A stretch of DNA of 64,000 nt from Ascidiella aspersa. Taxonomy: Eukaryota. The stretch lies in the NCBI GenBank assembly GCA_963924565.1, contig OZ004612.1, positions 6,696,001-6,760,000 on the forward strand, in the 5' to 3' direction. Below the pieces are notes generated by a model, which had not been told where the DNA came from, did no database searches, and saw only the letters and a list, made by a program, of their open reading frames with translations. The translations under genes and the position numbers were made by a program. Positions 48,952 through 63,423 of this stretch are shown here, one piece after another. Position 1 is the first letter of the stretch; the number at the start of each line of letters is the position of its first letter.

Positions 48952-51325
48952 CTTTTTGAAGAAATAACATGTTTTTAATTCTAAAATATTGTTGATAGAA
49001 ATAATACGCCTTTCTGTTCTTGTAAACTAATGCAATACTTTTGTTAAACGTTGGCTAGATTATTCATTGAAAAACATAATGTCGCGCAAATGTCGGTAAA
49101 CTTACTCAGCCATTTTGGTAATATCACCAATCTACTTGTAAATGGTCTGAGATTTTACCTGCAAAAAATGTCCAAACTGATTGTTCGTTTTAAAATGCCT
49201 TATTTCTGTCTGGTCAGTTCGAAAATTAGTTTCTTCGATTTCGTTTTCTGCTAATAACCATTTTTCGTCGCACGACCAAATTAACCAGATTAGTAGGATG
49301 CAGCTTTAAAACTGGTTTAACGCTTAAAAAGCTAAAGCTTATTCGTGAAAAGCATTAATTGCATGCAGAAGATATTTAATATTGAAAACAGCCAACTCAA
49401 GCTATCCGATAACTTTGAAAAATACCTTTTTCTTTAGCCTTTAAGTCGAGTAATAGATAGTATTTTTTCTACTATGGTTGATTATTATCATGGCTTGTTG
49501 CGGTAAAGGTATTTTCGCGCTTATTAATTGTGCAATTAAGGTAACTTTGCTCAGTCGTGAGTAGAAGTGCTAATCTTGATGATCAATTCCTAGTATTTTT
49601 TTTAAAACGTCACATAATATTTTGGCATAGCGTTTGGGTTCGGGTAGTGTCAAGGGTTGTAAAAATACATGTTTTGAACTTTATTCCCTTCTTCATAAAT
49701 GTGTGGCGTAACTATTCCATGATAGCAGACCAGTTGATCAGCAGCTGTCTGCCGATCGGTTCGCAGACCAAACTAAGAAGATTTTTACCCAGCTTGAAAA
49801 GTATTTTGTATCGGCTGGCTAATTTTTGATACTAAAATTTTACCTGCCTGGTTTTAATTGCTTAAGTATTAGCTACAAACAAAAAAACATCAAAAATAAC
49901 CAAAACTACTCGTTGATAGAAGGAAGTTTAGAAGCTACAAAAATGAAATGACTAAATTATTCATTAATGGTTCTTTACATGGCATCCCGTCATAACTGAC
50001 CCCTTAATTTGGCAAGAATGTATTGTTTTCGCATGTGTCATTTGTAGTAGGGAATATTTTCCATTGGGCCATTGAACTAATCTCATTAAGATGCATGAGT
50101 TCTGTATACGCCTACTCAAAAGTATTCGTAGATGACTATTTGAGTGAAAACTTTCGTCGATATATTACTCAAATAAGTTCACAGCACAAAAAGCGTCGTA
50201 GTTAAATAACAAAAAAAGAGTTGCAATGAGGAAGAACGGAAATTTAATAGAATCGATACAGAAAGAGGAAGCAATAAAGACAATATGAGCAGTTTAACAA
50301 GATTTAATTGTAATGAAGCAAGAGTTGTCTGTTCAGTTTATGCCGAATTAAAAAAAGGTGGACTTGCAGAGTGGTTTTATCATAAAAAAAATATCATATT
50401 CCTAAAAACTCAATATAATTTTAGTGCAACATCAGGAAAGTAAATGTATAAATAGAAACGTTATAAATACGACATTTTTCATTGCGAACTTTATATTTTA
50501 GTCCTGGAACAATAAGTTGTCATTAAGTTCATAATTTTTAAAATCAGGCGCATACCGTAAGTGCGAAATATAAAGACACAAAATTAAGTGCTAATGGGCA
50601 GTAAAACATTTTTCGTGAATCAAAAGAATTTATTTGAACATCAAATACTGAAAAACACTGACACTGCATAGAAAAACAGAAAATACGCCGCATAAAGGTA
50701 TTGCAATATTGCGTAATTCTCGTTATTGCTGGGAGGTTAAGTTAAATAACAAAAGAAAAATCGTGGTAAAACTTCATCGGCGTTCGAACACTTCAGGTTA
50801 TTACCTTACATCGGTTATTGGAGTAAGTGAAGGCAAGTACAACTTTTAGGCTGGGCAAACTATATCCTGTTACCACCAGTTCGTCGCTGGCTTTAAGTGA
50901 TTGATTTGTTACTGTCAAAGAATAATAATAGCTTTTAACATTTAATATATAGCAAGGTTAAAAAAATCAGGTGCTGCTAATTTTAATTTATGCAAAAATG
51001 CGCAGTTGCCTAAGGCTTAACGGTTTGGGCGCGACAGTTGTTGCATATAACTCTATTGGGAAACTACTAATTGTATCTAGGAAACTACTAATTTTACAAC
51101 AGGAAGCAAACAATTTACCAAGGAGTGGACTTTCCACCCGATTTACAAAAAGCTTTCCTTGTTAACAAACGCACCGGAAACCAAGTTTTGCATTAAAGTC
51201 AACAAAACAAAAAAACATAGGATACGTTCTAAAAGTTCTTTCTCTCTCTCTCTATATATAGTCTTAGTTGCATGAACATTTAATAAACAGGGTTTGTGTC
51301 GAATCGTACATTTAAATGCAAGCAC

Positions 51326-54300
51326 TCAAAGTGGTTCGCTTGTGTTTGGGATGGTGCTAGACCCTTCCACGTCGATCGAAACGCTGCCGCTTGTACGACG
51401 AGAAATTACGGAGCTGGAAAACATCACTGCGATCGATTCTTGGAGTTCTGCCTTGTTCACAACATAATGTTGCTGCTGCTCGTGATCCCTTGATTCCGCT
51501 TCTACCTGGAGATCGTCAGATGTATTCTTAGCCACCTCTTGTTTTAAGCCAGGACGGCGTTTTTCATTTTCTTGATGAAGATTCAGCTGACCAGTGGGAC
51601 TAGGAAGCCTTGAAATCCGATCACCTAAAGGGGTTTGAATCTCTTCAATGAGATCTTGTTCCCTACCGTCGTCGTGTTTCAGTTTCTGGTTCTCTTGTTG
51701 GGATTTGGGCTGAGGCTGGAACTTAGACTGGTTCTTTTTCTCAAAGTTGGCTTTTGTCTTGGAAATCTTCTTATGTTTTAGATGGAGCTTGGATTTTGAC
51801 TGAGGCTGGTTTCTGTGAGGAGTTTGGGTTTGCGATTGGGATTGCAATTCAGATAGGGCTTGGGATTGGGGCTGGTGCTGGGACTGGGACATATGCTTGG
51901 GCTGGCCCTGAGGCTTGAAATGTGGCTGGGAATTGCTCGATTCTCCTTCTTCTTTAAAACCATTGGACGCTTTGTGGCCTTGGTCTTGTTCAAAGGTCTC
52001 AGTGCGGTTTTGCGAGCTCTCTTTTTGACGACTTAGTTGACGAGCACAAATAATTCTCACGCAAGCAAAACTTTGTCGGATGACGTCATTCTTGACGCAG
52101 TAGCAATAGAACACCGCCAATCCTTGTAGTCCGTTCACCAGCGTGTGGATGTACGTCATCACTTGTGACGTCACATCGCCAACAAGATCTAAGAATGTAA
52201 ACACAATTAAACAATACAATTAAACAAAAACAAAATTTGATAGATAGGTTCCAATTCATTATAACCAAATGACTTTGGGCTTGCTTATAATTTCGCAAAA
52301 TATTGGTGCAAATCATGAATTAGCAGCGTTACAATTCGGATATTATAAGATTTTAGAGCGCTTTACCATTACTTGTTTATATTCTTACCAGTGAGAAATC
52401 CAAGAACCCAAGTCGTTCCAAGAACCAGCATCAAGAAAAAGAAGGCGCCGACAAACATCTTCGCGTCTTGATTCCTTTCTTCAGGACTCCTTCGCTTCTT
52501 TTTCTTGCTGGAGGAAAGGAGCACCCATGAACAGATAAGGGAAAAGAAGAAGTTGACCGCCACACAAATCGCGATCGGCACGATCACAGTGAGAATAAAT
52601 ACGTTGGTGCCAGGATCCAGCCAACATCTGTCGAATTTGCTTCTTCCTTGTTGTGCCACGTTATTGTCATTGATTTTCATGTAGTTTCCTGTGGGAAGAC
52701 CAGCGACAAGCGCCGATCCAACCAGAAGTGCCGGGATGAGCCACCCGACCACCAAGAAAAATCTCGATCGCTTTTGGAAATCTTGGACCTGGAATTTAAC
52801 CGGGTTCGTTACCGCCATTGTCATTCGGATGCCGTCGATGGTGAACCAGCAACCTGTATAATAACACAAATTCTGACGAAGTGTTTTTTATGAATATAAG
52901 GAAATATCTCCTTTCCAATTAAAAAAAAAACATCATTTGGAACATAAACTATTTCAAAATTACGGAAAAAATGAATATTTTTTTGAAGTTAAATGGAAGA
53001 AAGTAAGTTATTTTGGTGAAGTAAAGTAAAGTTACAGAAACCCCTTTAAAGTTAGGTATGTCCAAGAAAAAATCAAAGCAATTTTCTTACGTTGCCAAAA
53101 TTAGTTAAACTTTACGAAAACAGAAAAAACACATCATGCGGTAAAATATAACACCAGGATAAAATTTTGTCTCCACCTGATGTAAGGAAGAAGAATTGGA
53201 TGCAGGCCGAGAGGAAGACACATCCGACATCATGGAGGATCGCTGCATCCTGCAGAAGATTGGCGACGTGGAAGAGCAAGAGTGAGAAGACGACGCAGAG
53301 CTGGATAAGTGCCCGATCGCTCGCGATCTGGAGCTTATGACGTAACAGTAACACGATGCTGAGCAGGAGAAAGCAAATCGTGATCGACTCACAGACGTAA
53401 GACAGGATCTGAAATCACAAGTGTGTGATTGTTTGGATGCAATAAATTTATCGTTTGGCTAGCATGGAAGAGTTTAGTAAGTTGGGAATTAATCACAAGC
53501 ACTCTCTTCGGAAAATAACCCTTTCCGTCCCAAGTACGCCAAATTGAAAATTTACTTTGTATATATGCAATGTTATTCACCTTATGGATGAACTAAATTA
53601 ACTAGCCAATGTCTTCACGAATATTGTGGTTTACGTTTATTAGGAAATGTCGATAGGTTTTGGAAGATTATAAAAGCTTATCCTTCACGGAATTTTCCAA
53701 TTGAAGACTGTATATCATTCAAATAATCGCTTACCTTTATTCCACTTGAAATAACCCTTGTTTTCATAGAGAGTAGAATAGAGAACACGGTGAGGTGATC
53801 ACATTCGCAGTAGACGCGGTCACCTAATACTTTACTGCGACAACCAGCGGTAGAATACGTCGACGATCGGTCAATGAAAGCGCAAGCCCATTCCACTGAA
53901 TCTAAACCTAGGTTTGCCGAGGAGATGACATAATTTTGGCAAACTCCGCGAGAAATATTTTCCTCGTCGGTAACTTTTCGCGAAAAAGTAACGGAGCCCA
54001 TCAGCATGTCGCCAGTTTTCATATCGTAGCCTGACACACCAATAAAAACATTGGGGCTTAGTTCGGCGTAACGTGTGCCAGTCTTTTGTTGATCGGTGGT
54101 GACAAAAGTGCATGGTGTCGAGTTTTTCCTAACGAGGACTTCAAACATTATGATGGACACTGTGGAATTTCCAGGACTCCGGAATGTAGCATTAACCGAG
54201 GATTCCCCCAAAACGATCAAACCTGACTCCACTGTCCCGCTAATTGGAATAGTAGATTTTACCACAACTTGTACGATGACTTGTGTGAGGTTGTTTTGTA

Positions 54301-57300
54301 ATGAATAGTTGCCTTTTGAAAGTTGTCTCAAGTCGTTTTCCAAAGCGTCCAGTTTTTGCAAAGAAATCGTGTCAAAGCCGTACGACGCCGTTATGTTGGC
54401 AAACAACATCATGTCTTCTTCGATTTCTACAATCAACGGTTATTTGTTCTGTAATTATTTTTTACTCTTTGAAAGCTTTTATGCTAAGTTGTTTAACGTA
54501 AAACCTATAACTTTAACCAGAAATCGAGTCAATCGTTTAACCGGAAATCGATTAAATTCTTTCAGAAGATTTTAAATGGCCACCATACTTAAACCACCAC
54601 GATAACAGGGAAGGATCCAGGATTTTTATTTGGGTTTGGAGCACGCAATAATTTAGAACACAAAGTTACGTCGTTATACAAATGATTTTAAAAACGCCTG
54701 TTGTTCTCGAGCAAACTTCTGCGCAACTATATGCAGGTAAAAATCGAGATAATTCAATAAAATGCACACAGCTTTTGGGCTGAACACTGTTAGAAAAACG
54801 GATAAAAGTTAGCACGAAGTTCGAAGAAAAATTCCATTTACATAGTTCAACATTGCTAAAAGTATAGTTTAGTGGGGCATGGCCTAAAAGTCCTGTGATG
54901 CAACAATAAGACAAGATAAATCTCCTAGCCACACAAAATCTAGTTGCAGTACAATAAATAAACAGCTATCACGCGGACCACAATTAAATAAATTGTTGAA
55001 AAATAGCTCGCGGCCCACTAGAAATGCCTAAAAGCCCTCATTTGGAGCGCGGCCCACAGTTTGCCGGCCACTGACGGTCTCGTGGTTTCCTTAATATTTC
55101 TAATAAAAATGACGATTGACCTTATACTTTTCCAAAAAAATACTATTGGCCTATTAGACTATGGGTAAGTTCACAATTTAGGTAAATGTGTTTAAACAAC
55201 AAAAACTTTTTAAGAGGATAAAAAATGATCTGGTTTTACTAAGTATTTAATTAAATTACCTTAACACATGTTAAGCCATTTTTGGTAAAAGGTAGTTATA
55301 CACAAAAGATTTTTCAAGTTATTTGAAAACAGTGACTTAAGTGCATTTAAGTCAAATCATTACAATACAGGCATTTGTTAGGCATTGTACTATACTGCCT
55401 ACAGTTGGACTAAATTAAACCACTACAGCAGATTAAGCTGCTATAGTCATGGTAATTTACAAAATTTTAAGGCGTTGGATAACAATCTTATATATTGTTC
55501 TCTCTTTATTTATATACCGTGAGCAAAATTGTGTTTATCTTGCCACTTTGGAAACCGTTGCAAAAATGATTTTTTCCATGAACATACTCACTATACCGTA
55601 CCCAATAATTTTAATACACAACGTTAATTGGTTGGCTGAAAATTATTTGCTCATGAAAATTTACATATTTTCCAATATAACACTATTGCTTCATTTATAA
55701 TTAAACAAACAATAACTTGACACCTGACGTTTATTTGATGTCAGCAAGTTTAACAGATCCAAATTTTATTCTTTTTAGAAATATTTAATTAAAGATGTTG
55801 TAGCGGCTTGCACCATTATTTCATTGTGGTTCGCACGCACTATGTCAACGCAAATTAAACCAAAATTATTAATTCATAAAGAAAAAACGGGTAGCCGTGT
55901 ATAAAAAAACGATCACGTTTATGTTGTGTACATATTCTTGTTCACCGTGTCTTACATGAGAAACGCGAAATGAATATAGCTTGTGAAATAGAGATTCCGT
56001 ACCTTTTCTAGCGAAAGAAACGTGGCAACGTGAAAAACAGGTCTCGGCGTAGCAGGTCACATAAACCAGTACATTACGTCACGTCACGGCCCAAAACCCG
56101 GTGAACTAACAAAGTATTAACTCAACGTGATGTTATAAGGTGGTATGTCTAAGTGCGGCTGAACTTATACCCCTGCACTGTCACAATCTGTGGGGATTAC
56201 AAAACAATGGAAACCCTCCTATAGTGATTGGTGGTCGGCCAAACAAGCGTGCATGTCTTAATGGTCTAAAAACCTTTTATTGCCGAACTCAAGAATGTAA
56301 AATTAAGAATATACATTTTAAATATGCGTTTATATCGATGAGCCGGCGAATCTATGTGATTTGCCAAATGCATCACATATCCTTTAATTTGACATTTTTG
56401 GCCAATTTAAACCAAAAAACGTAGGGCATTGTCGCTTTACCGGCAATGCCAAAACTTGATTTGCCTATGTTTTGTGTGATTTTATTTACCAAGATACTAG
56501 CGACAGTAACAAAGTAACATGGCGCCCATTACACCAAAAAACAATTTTTCCGGTAGTTTATACATCACATTGAGACCCTATTATCACAAACGTTTTTTCA
56601 CTGGCGCAGTGTTATTTTATCACCCTTTTGTTGTCTCGCTGGCTTACTGCAAAACTCTACTTTTCAGACTGAATTTCCACTTTCGCGATTCACTATAAAC
56701 AGCGATAAATTGTCTTCAATTGACATACTTTTGATAAAGTTTTGATAAGAATTATACAAAATTGTTTTTGTAATTACATTTTTATAGAAATTATATTTTT
56801 TTTTTTCGTAATAACTATCATGGTCTTTGAAGCATTCTTTTTGTTATTGTAGATGTATGCTGTTTATCTATACAATCCTTGAATTAAACAAGGAACCCAC
56901 AACTTAAATGAACAGAACCTGTTTCAGTAGTGGTGGAATCGGATTCCTGAGGTGTTACTATAGCTTGGATGGGTATTGTTTTATATGCTGTTGTTCCTAT
57001 TTCCGTGGTTATTGCTGAGATTGTTGTTCTCATGGACACCGTTGTAGGTTTCGCGGTTGATCTCTGTTCTGTTATTGCTGAAATTGTGCAGATTACAGAT
57101 TATTCAACAGATTATTATTTGTTGAAAATCTAGTGGACTTTTTGTAACTTAACAGTTTATCAAATCCCGGGGTTCTTAAACTCTTGGTAACGTGGACCCT
57201 TACAAACAACTATTGGTTTGCGTGGACCAAGATAAACATGGAGCCTTTCAGAGATGACGTCATAATAAAAAGCTCTTTCAACATTTTTACATTAACACTA

Positions 57301-60300
57301 AGATCCTTTGAGCATAATGGTTGGAGGTTGTAGTATGACGTAATAAGAATATCAAAGCCCATACAGAATTAGGTATCATTTTGAACGTTTCGAATAACTC
57401 TTTATTCATTTTTAACATAGAGAGAAGGCGAAATGCTACCTACTTCTGTATGGGCTTTAATATTCTTATTACTAAGATCGTCATATAAAGCATCCTTTAG
57501 AACCTATACCAGGGTGGTCCAAGGTTGACAGCATCGCGGGCCATAATATTTCTTTGATATACTTGGCGGGCCACATAAAGTAGGCAAAGCATCGTTAAAA
57601 AGTAATGTGATAATGAGACTGCAGGCAAAATGGTGCGCGCGAAGCGCGAAAAAAATGCGTATTTGACAAAACAGAATACTGCATTTATAAGCGTAGAATG
57701 TTTTTTAACTAGATAGATTTGGCTAGAATTACACGATGGAAAGGTTCAGGGCGTTAACCTTTCCTCACAGTGAAATCCTGTGAAACAATATTTTCTCGAA
57801 GCGCTATATATTTCATCTTTCATTTACCTCAAAGTAGTGAAAATAGTAATTTATATAGGGTCGTACTTTTTATGTTATGTTTACTGGTCCATTGAAAAAA
57901 CGTAAAACAAAACGCAAATGTAACCTACAAGTTCATGTTGCCATTTTGGCAAAGTTCCATATAGGACGTACTACAACTTTCAAACCGGTCTAACACATAC
58001 CAAAATTAGGCGTTCTTGCCACCCCTAGATTAAAACATTACAATACTTCAACAGTGCTTCGCGGGCCACAAAAAATGATGCCGGGCCTGGGTTTGGACCA
58101 CCCTGACCTATACCATGGACCTCAGTATATGAAACCCTAATCTAACCTATTAAAGCCGAATAAGTTTACAAAGCAAACTATATTTAAATACTTAATCGGA
58201 CTGTTAATGGTTGGGTCTACATTGGCAAACTTTAAATATCAACATTTGCCGTTTTCTAGTTTTCGAGCAATCGGATGAAATTGTTTAAGGTTGTCATCAC
58301 GAAACGTTATTGTTGGGATTGATAAAAACCAACCACAAATTGTAACATTGCAACTAAATCAATTAGTTTACGATAGAAAAAAAACGGCATAAGCAAATAA
58401 ACTTCATATTTATTTGCTAATATTATTTCAGTGATGTAGTCGAATTTCTCTTAAAGAGCGAGTAGTATTTGTAGAAATGTTATCGTTTAACGAAAACGAA
58501 TACTTGTACTTTATAAAGAAGGAAAAATAGTATTTTAGTAACTATATAACAAACGCTTTTAAAATGACCTACAGAAAAACAGCATTAAAGCTCTAAACCA
58601 GGGGTCGGCAACCTTTTTCTAGTAGCGGGCCAAAACCAAACTCAAAAAAGGTCTTTGCGGGCCGCACCAAATGATAACTAATAATTGTGTTATTTAAATG
58701 TTAGAAGAACTGTGAATCACGCGGGGCTCGGATATTTTTTGCACTTTGAAACGTGGCTAATTGCATTTACAGAGACAGTGTTGACGCAAAGCGCGAAAAA
58801 AACGTTTGTTTGGTTTAGAGTTTCACACGTGTGTAACTATACTACTATTCAAAAGTGTAATAAAACTGCTGCGAGGGAACGCGATAACATTTAAAGGCGC
58901 ACCTGGCGAGCGAAGCGAGCGCGATTCAAGGGTAAAGAATAGCGATTTCTGGTCTAGACGCTGGTCTAGTTTCAAAGGCAGCATCTAAACGTAAACAAAC
59001 CGGACGTATAAATAACATTCGCGCGAAGAGCGAAAATTTTTCACAATTAGTTATAGAAGAGTTTGTAAAACAGACTCGCGTCTAATTTGTCAAAGAGGCG
59101 GCGGGCCGGATGAATTACATTGGCGGGCCGGATCAGGCCCGCGGGCCGTAGGTTGCCGAACCCTGCTCTAAACTATATGTGGTTTTAATAAATAAACCTT
59201 TGTTCAAGCCAAAAAATAGGTCTCATTTAAAATTGTTAAACTGAACAGCAAATTCTGCTTGACCACTGAGGATGAATACAGAGCAGTGTTCTGTAACTTG
59301 AGTTGCTCGAGAAGCTTAATGTTTTATGACGATTTAGGATAATTACTGTGCGTTAGCGTTAGTTATATTGTTTCCAAAATTTTATAATTATTCGTTTCTG
59401 AAATCGCCTGTGGCTGTATAACACTAAGAACAAGTTTAATTTCATTCATTTTCTGGCTGAAAGTTAAATAAAGTCCGGGTGAAGTAATTTAAGGAAAATG
59501 GATTGTTTGAAACCTGATTGTATGCACCATGCTAAAGGGCCATACAATTGGTACGCGGTCGCAAAAAAGTTAAAACCGCGATGTTAAAATGCTGCATTTT
59601 TGCACGACAGTTATACAACCATATGGTTTGACCAGAATAATTTTCTATAGTTTGCTTTTCTGCAAGCAAAACCAGATGAGGGTCGAGAAATTTCCCGCCT
59701 TAACTTACAGCTTGGATGCGAAAGGGGTAGTTTGCCAAGGGATTCATTTGCTTACACATTAGTTTGGTAAATTATTTGCAAAATCAATTTTAGAATTACA
59801 TTCAAATTCAAATACGGTGACGTTTTGGGGGAATATTCGCAATTAAAATATATTTGATAATAAGACTTTATATAGATAATGCCTACGGCCATGTTACTAA
59901 ACTTTGACCAGCTAACATATATAAAAAGTAAGTAATCAGTCTCTCAAAATGATGTAATTGTTATTTTTTTCTATTATGCCTTGGTCCGTGTTATCACTGT
60001 TAAAACAGACTTTCTTACGGTTTTCTACCTCTATAGATAGGAGTCGGTAGCTACACAAATCTAAAGTGACGACGTTAAACTATTTTAGTGTTTGTTCCCT
60101 AATGAAAGGCTCCTGTACAGACTCCTAACCCTATTATATGCACCTAATTACCATTCTACGCCATGTCTGAAAAACTGAAAAATTCTACGATGTATACGTT
60201 TTCTATGCGACATTATTTTTCTTAAACCTCTTCTCCTTATTAGTTTATTTAATTAAAATCAAACCATTATTTTCAAAATGCTACCCATATCTGTATGAAC

Positions 60301-63300
60301 TTTGATGTCCATATTGCGCTGTAACATCCAGCCATTATGCTTCATTTTATGACATGGTTAAAATATATTTTATCTCAAAAGCCTTTAACAGTTTGTAGAA
60401 TATATTGTAGGGGACGTCTTATTATTTGTTGGTATTATTCAAAACTAAGTTTTATAACCAACTTTATGACTTTTACGTGCTTACTTAGTACTACAAAGTT
60501 ATCACCGGTTGCTAATTACGCCGACTGTAAATTCTAAAATTCATTATTAGTTTTGCGCCTTTGCTTTTAAATGCAGGGCTAGGATTTAGGTTTTCGCATT
60601 TCGGGACATATATACTAACGTAATATTTTTATGCGCTCTGGTGTTCGACCGTTTAATTGGACTCAGGACCTGTTATTTCCTGTCTCTAAACAACTCTACA
60701 AATCTCACGATCATTTATCGCTTGTTTCTCGCCGCGGTTTAACTTCTTACAAAAAGGTCCGCCAATTGTAATCTTTCCACGAAACGGCCGCCCTGTAGGG
60801 CGGGCCTCGGGTTCTCGGGAGCGCGCTGGTTCCTGTGTGAGAGAGTTTTTGTTTAGCGTATATTACGAGCGGCATGACCGCCTAGAGAGCAATAGACGTT
60901 TGGGTAAAGCCTTGTGAAATTAGCGAGTAAAACTTTAGGTGTCAGCCTATATGCTCTGTCTTTCGGTTGATGGTAAGTAATTGTGTGTGTCTAAGTGTCA
61001 TTATTGTTTGTGTTTAGTAATATTCTATTCTTGCAACCAATACATCTGTACATTGAGTTTTCTTGTTGCGGTCTTTAATACAAGTTCTCTTTGGTAGGTT
61101 ATTTAATACCCGAAAATAAGGACTCACTAGCGGCTTTAACAGGAGGCCTAGGTTATTTTCTAAAATTACTAGTTAAAGTCGTAACAATGACGTGACCCAA
61201 ACGCAACCTGTCACCATCAAACATTGACCGAGTAAAGTAACAGTGAGATGTTATTTTAATTCCGTTGGCGATGTGTACAAAAAGCCAAAAGCCGTTGGCC
61301 TTAAGCTCAACGAAACTTAACGAAACTTAACTTAATGAGACTTGTCTTAACTTAACTGAACTAAACGCAATTGGACAAAGGCTCAACTCACTCAAAAAAA
61401 AAATAATGTAACGGACAGAAGTTATTTTGCTGGACCGTTAGTATTGTACCATGAACTTTAAGCTATTCCTGTAAATTGATTGCCGTTCTGATGTTGTTCA
61501 ATAAAATCAGATACGTATTATATTGCTGTGGCTAAGCTGTTGGAACAAACAACCTTCGAACAACCTTTAACAGATGGAGTCGGATTAAAATCACAGCAGG
61601 AACCTGCATCAGCTCCAAACAAATTCAGTTTTAGCCCTGCAATACTTAAAATTATCATAAAAATAAATGATTTTTTTTAATTAAGGCGAATCTTATCACG
61701 AATTATAATTATTCGTTTAAAAAATCTAGACATTATCAAAAACATATAGTTATATAATTTTGACTTCATTATTTTTTCTGAATAAAAAACATTCCCACCT
61801 TCCGGTTGAACCTGACCTGACTCACTGATGACATCAGTCAGGTTGGACAGGACGGTTCCGAGACTGCCGAAGTCGGTCACGGTGAGGACATGTGACGTCA
61901 CGTTTCCCGCGATCTTCCCCAGTTCAACAAGATTATATTTCCCAACCCCGACCGCCACCATTGTGATATTCTTCGCCCTGTAATCGTGGCATAATGTTAA
62001 CAAATGACAACAATTGAGCGCTCTCAGATTAAAGCAGATTAGTCTAGCAAAGCTAGATATTCAGATCAGACACATTTAATTGGTCTTAAAAGATATATTG
62101 TATATTTTTATCCAGCACCGACATCGTCAGTATATCTGAATAAACAACGCAACACTATAAGGATTAATATTAGTAAAAGAAATTAAAATGAAAAATATTA
62201 TGTAACTTGAATTTGCTAACTTTGCTGGGCTGTTACTAATCAGGAATAAAGGTTCACATTTATCTTGCAAGGGTGAAGGTGATTTCCAATATCACATATT
62301 CAGTGATACACAGTTTCAAATGAGGGATGTCTGATGATTCACTTTTATTCCGAATCCAGATTTTGGTTAAACGTATACGAATATCCGATCATTTGTGTAT
62401 TATTCCGATACCCGATAATTGGTCAAACGTAGGGATGTCCGATTCAGATTATATTTTAAATCGCTACCGATAGTCGATATTTAAAAGAAATAACACCGTC
62501 CGATTAGATTCGAATTGACGTATTACCTACAGACAAAAATAAGCGAAGGGTGAATATCAAGTTCATTCAGAGGTAGGTACCATTTTAAACGTTTCGAATA
62601 ACTTGTTGAATGTTGAAAATGACAAGTGAGTCATTCGAAATGTCCAAAATGCTAACTACTTCTCGCTGGGCCCTGATATTCTGAGTGATTTTGTTTTTTT
62701 AAATACAACAATATCTTGTGAAATATTCAACGAAAATCAACAGATATTTTAAAACGCGTTAATTGACCACAAGGGTAGACTATATCGCTTTACCGTTTAA
62801 TAAGGTTTAACAGTCAAGTTACACATTAAAAAAAGTGCATCGATTTCACAAATCCATTTTTTTATAATTGCATTGCCAGCCTTAAAAGTTAAGAACCTTT
62901 ACGCTAGATGGTAAACCTACTAGAACAATAGACTTTTTTGTGTAGTTTTCAGGCTCTAGTATGCAACTTGTGTGAAAGCGGTTTTGTTTTTGTGCAAAAT
63001 AAATAACGCGGGCCTTACAAAATAGGCAAGCAAGCAGGCAAACACAATTCATGTTAGAACGAACAACGCTGTCCTAGAATCCTACCATTTTTACAGCAAC
63101 GAAACGAGTTGTCAAAAATAAAATTGCAAGGAAGACATAAATATGGAAAAATGAATAAAATAATAATACTTAATAAAACCCACCTGAACACAAACTATAC
63201 CAGCAGCGCCGAACAAATAAACACGTTTTTTCCTGCAACATTTACCTTGCTTTGTTTGCCGCAATAGCCGTATAACTTTTATGGCTTGATGCCCCGTCAG

Positions 63301-63423
63301 TTACAATCACCATGAGGCGAGGCACCCTGGGTCTGCCCTTGTCGTTAAACTCTTTCACAGCTGAATCGATGCCGATGTCGGTGAAAGTTCTACCTCCTTT
63401 GTACACTATTTCTGTCACACTTG
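51326..63423 (-). CDS. Gene A (5'-partial): adhesion GPCR with vWA domain, Thr-rich stalk, GAIN/GPS, 7TM and long Gln-rich tail
   Basis: Exons 63423-63246 (KGGRTFTD...RPRVPRLMVIVTDG, vWA), 61977-61826 (MVAVGVG...ELGKIAG), 57077-56919 (Thr-rich), 54426-53735 (GPS CECDHLTVFSILL), 53408-53177 (TM1-3), 52853-52389, 52188-51326 (NGLQG + tail). Phases consistent; small extra exons could have been missed. Confidence 0.85.
57341..57471. mobile_element. Small palindromic MITE
   Basis: taataagaatatcaaagcccatacagaa / ttctgtatgggctttaatattcttatta inverted arms. Related copy at ~62553-62682. Confidence 0.6.
57510..58105. mobile_element. hAT-type MITE, intact
   Basis: TIR CAGGGTGGTCCAA / TTGGACCACCCTG; exact 8-bp TSD ACCTATAC. 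Confidence 0.9.
58599..59165. mobile_element. hAT (Charlie/Buster-like) non-autonomous element, intact
   Basis: TIR CAGGGGTCGGCAACC / GGTTGCCGAACCCTG; exact 8-bp TSD CTCTAAAC; GCGGGCC repeats. Confidence 0.9.
60671..61141. mobile_element. Possible solo LTR
   Basis: TGTTA...TAACA termini around a GC-elevated block; TSD weak (ggacc/ggagg). Confidence 0.3.

Larger units (their letters stand above)
57167..58139. mobile_element. Old hAT-type MITE hosting nested insertions
   Basis: CCGGGGTTCTTAAACT ... AGTATATGAAACCCTA ends, GTGGACC repeats, flanks atcaaatc/atctaacc (6/8). Confidence 0.5.

Noticed and set aside
6676-63423. Assigning vertebrate symbols (ADGRL, ADGRE, ADGRG)
   Set aside because: Domain architecture and motifs do not identify a specific ortholog without phylogeny.
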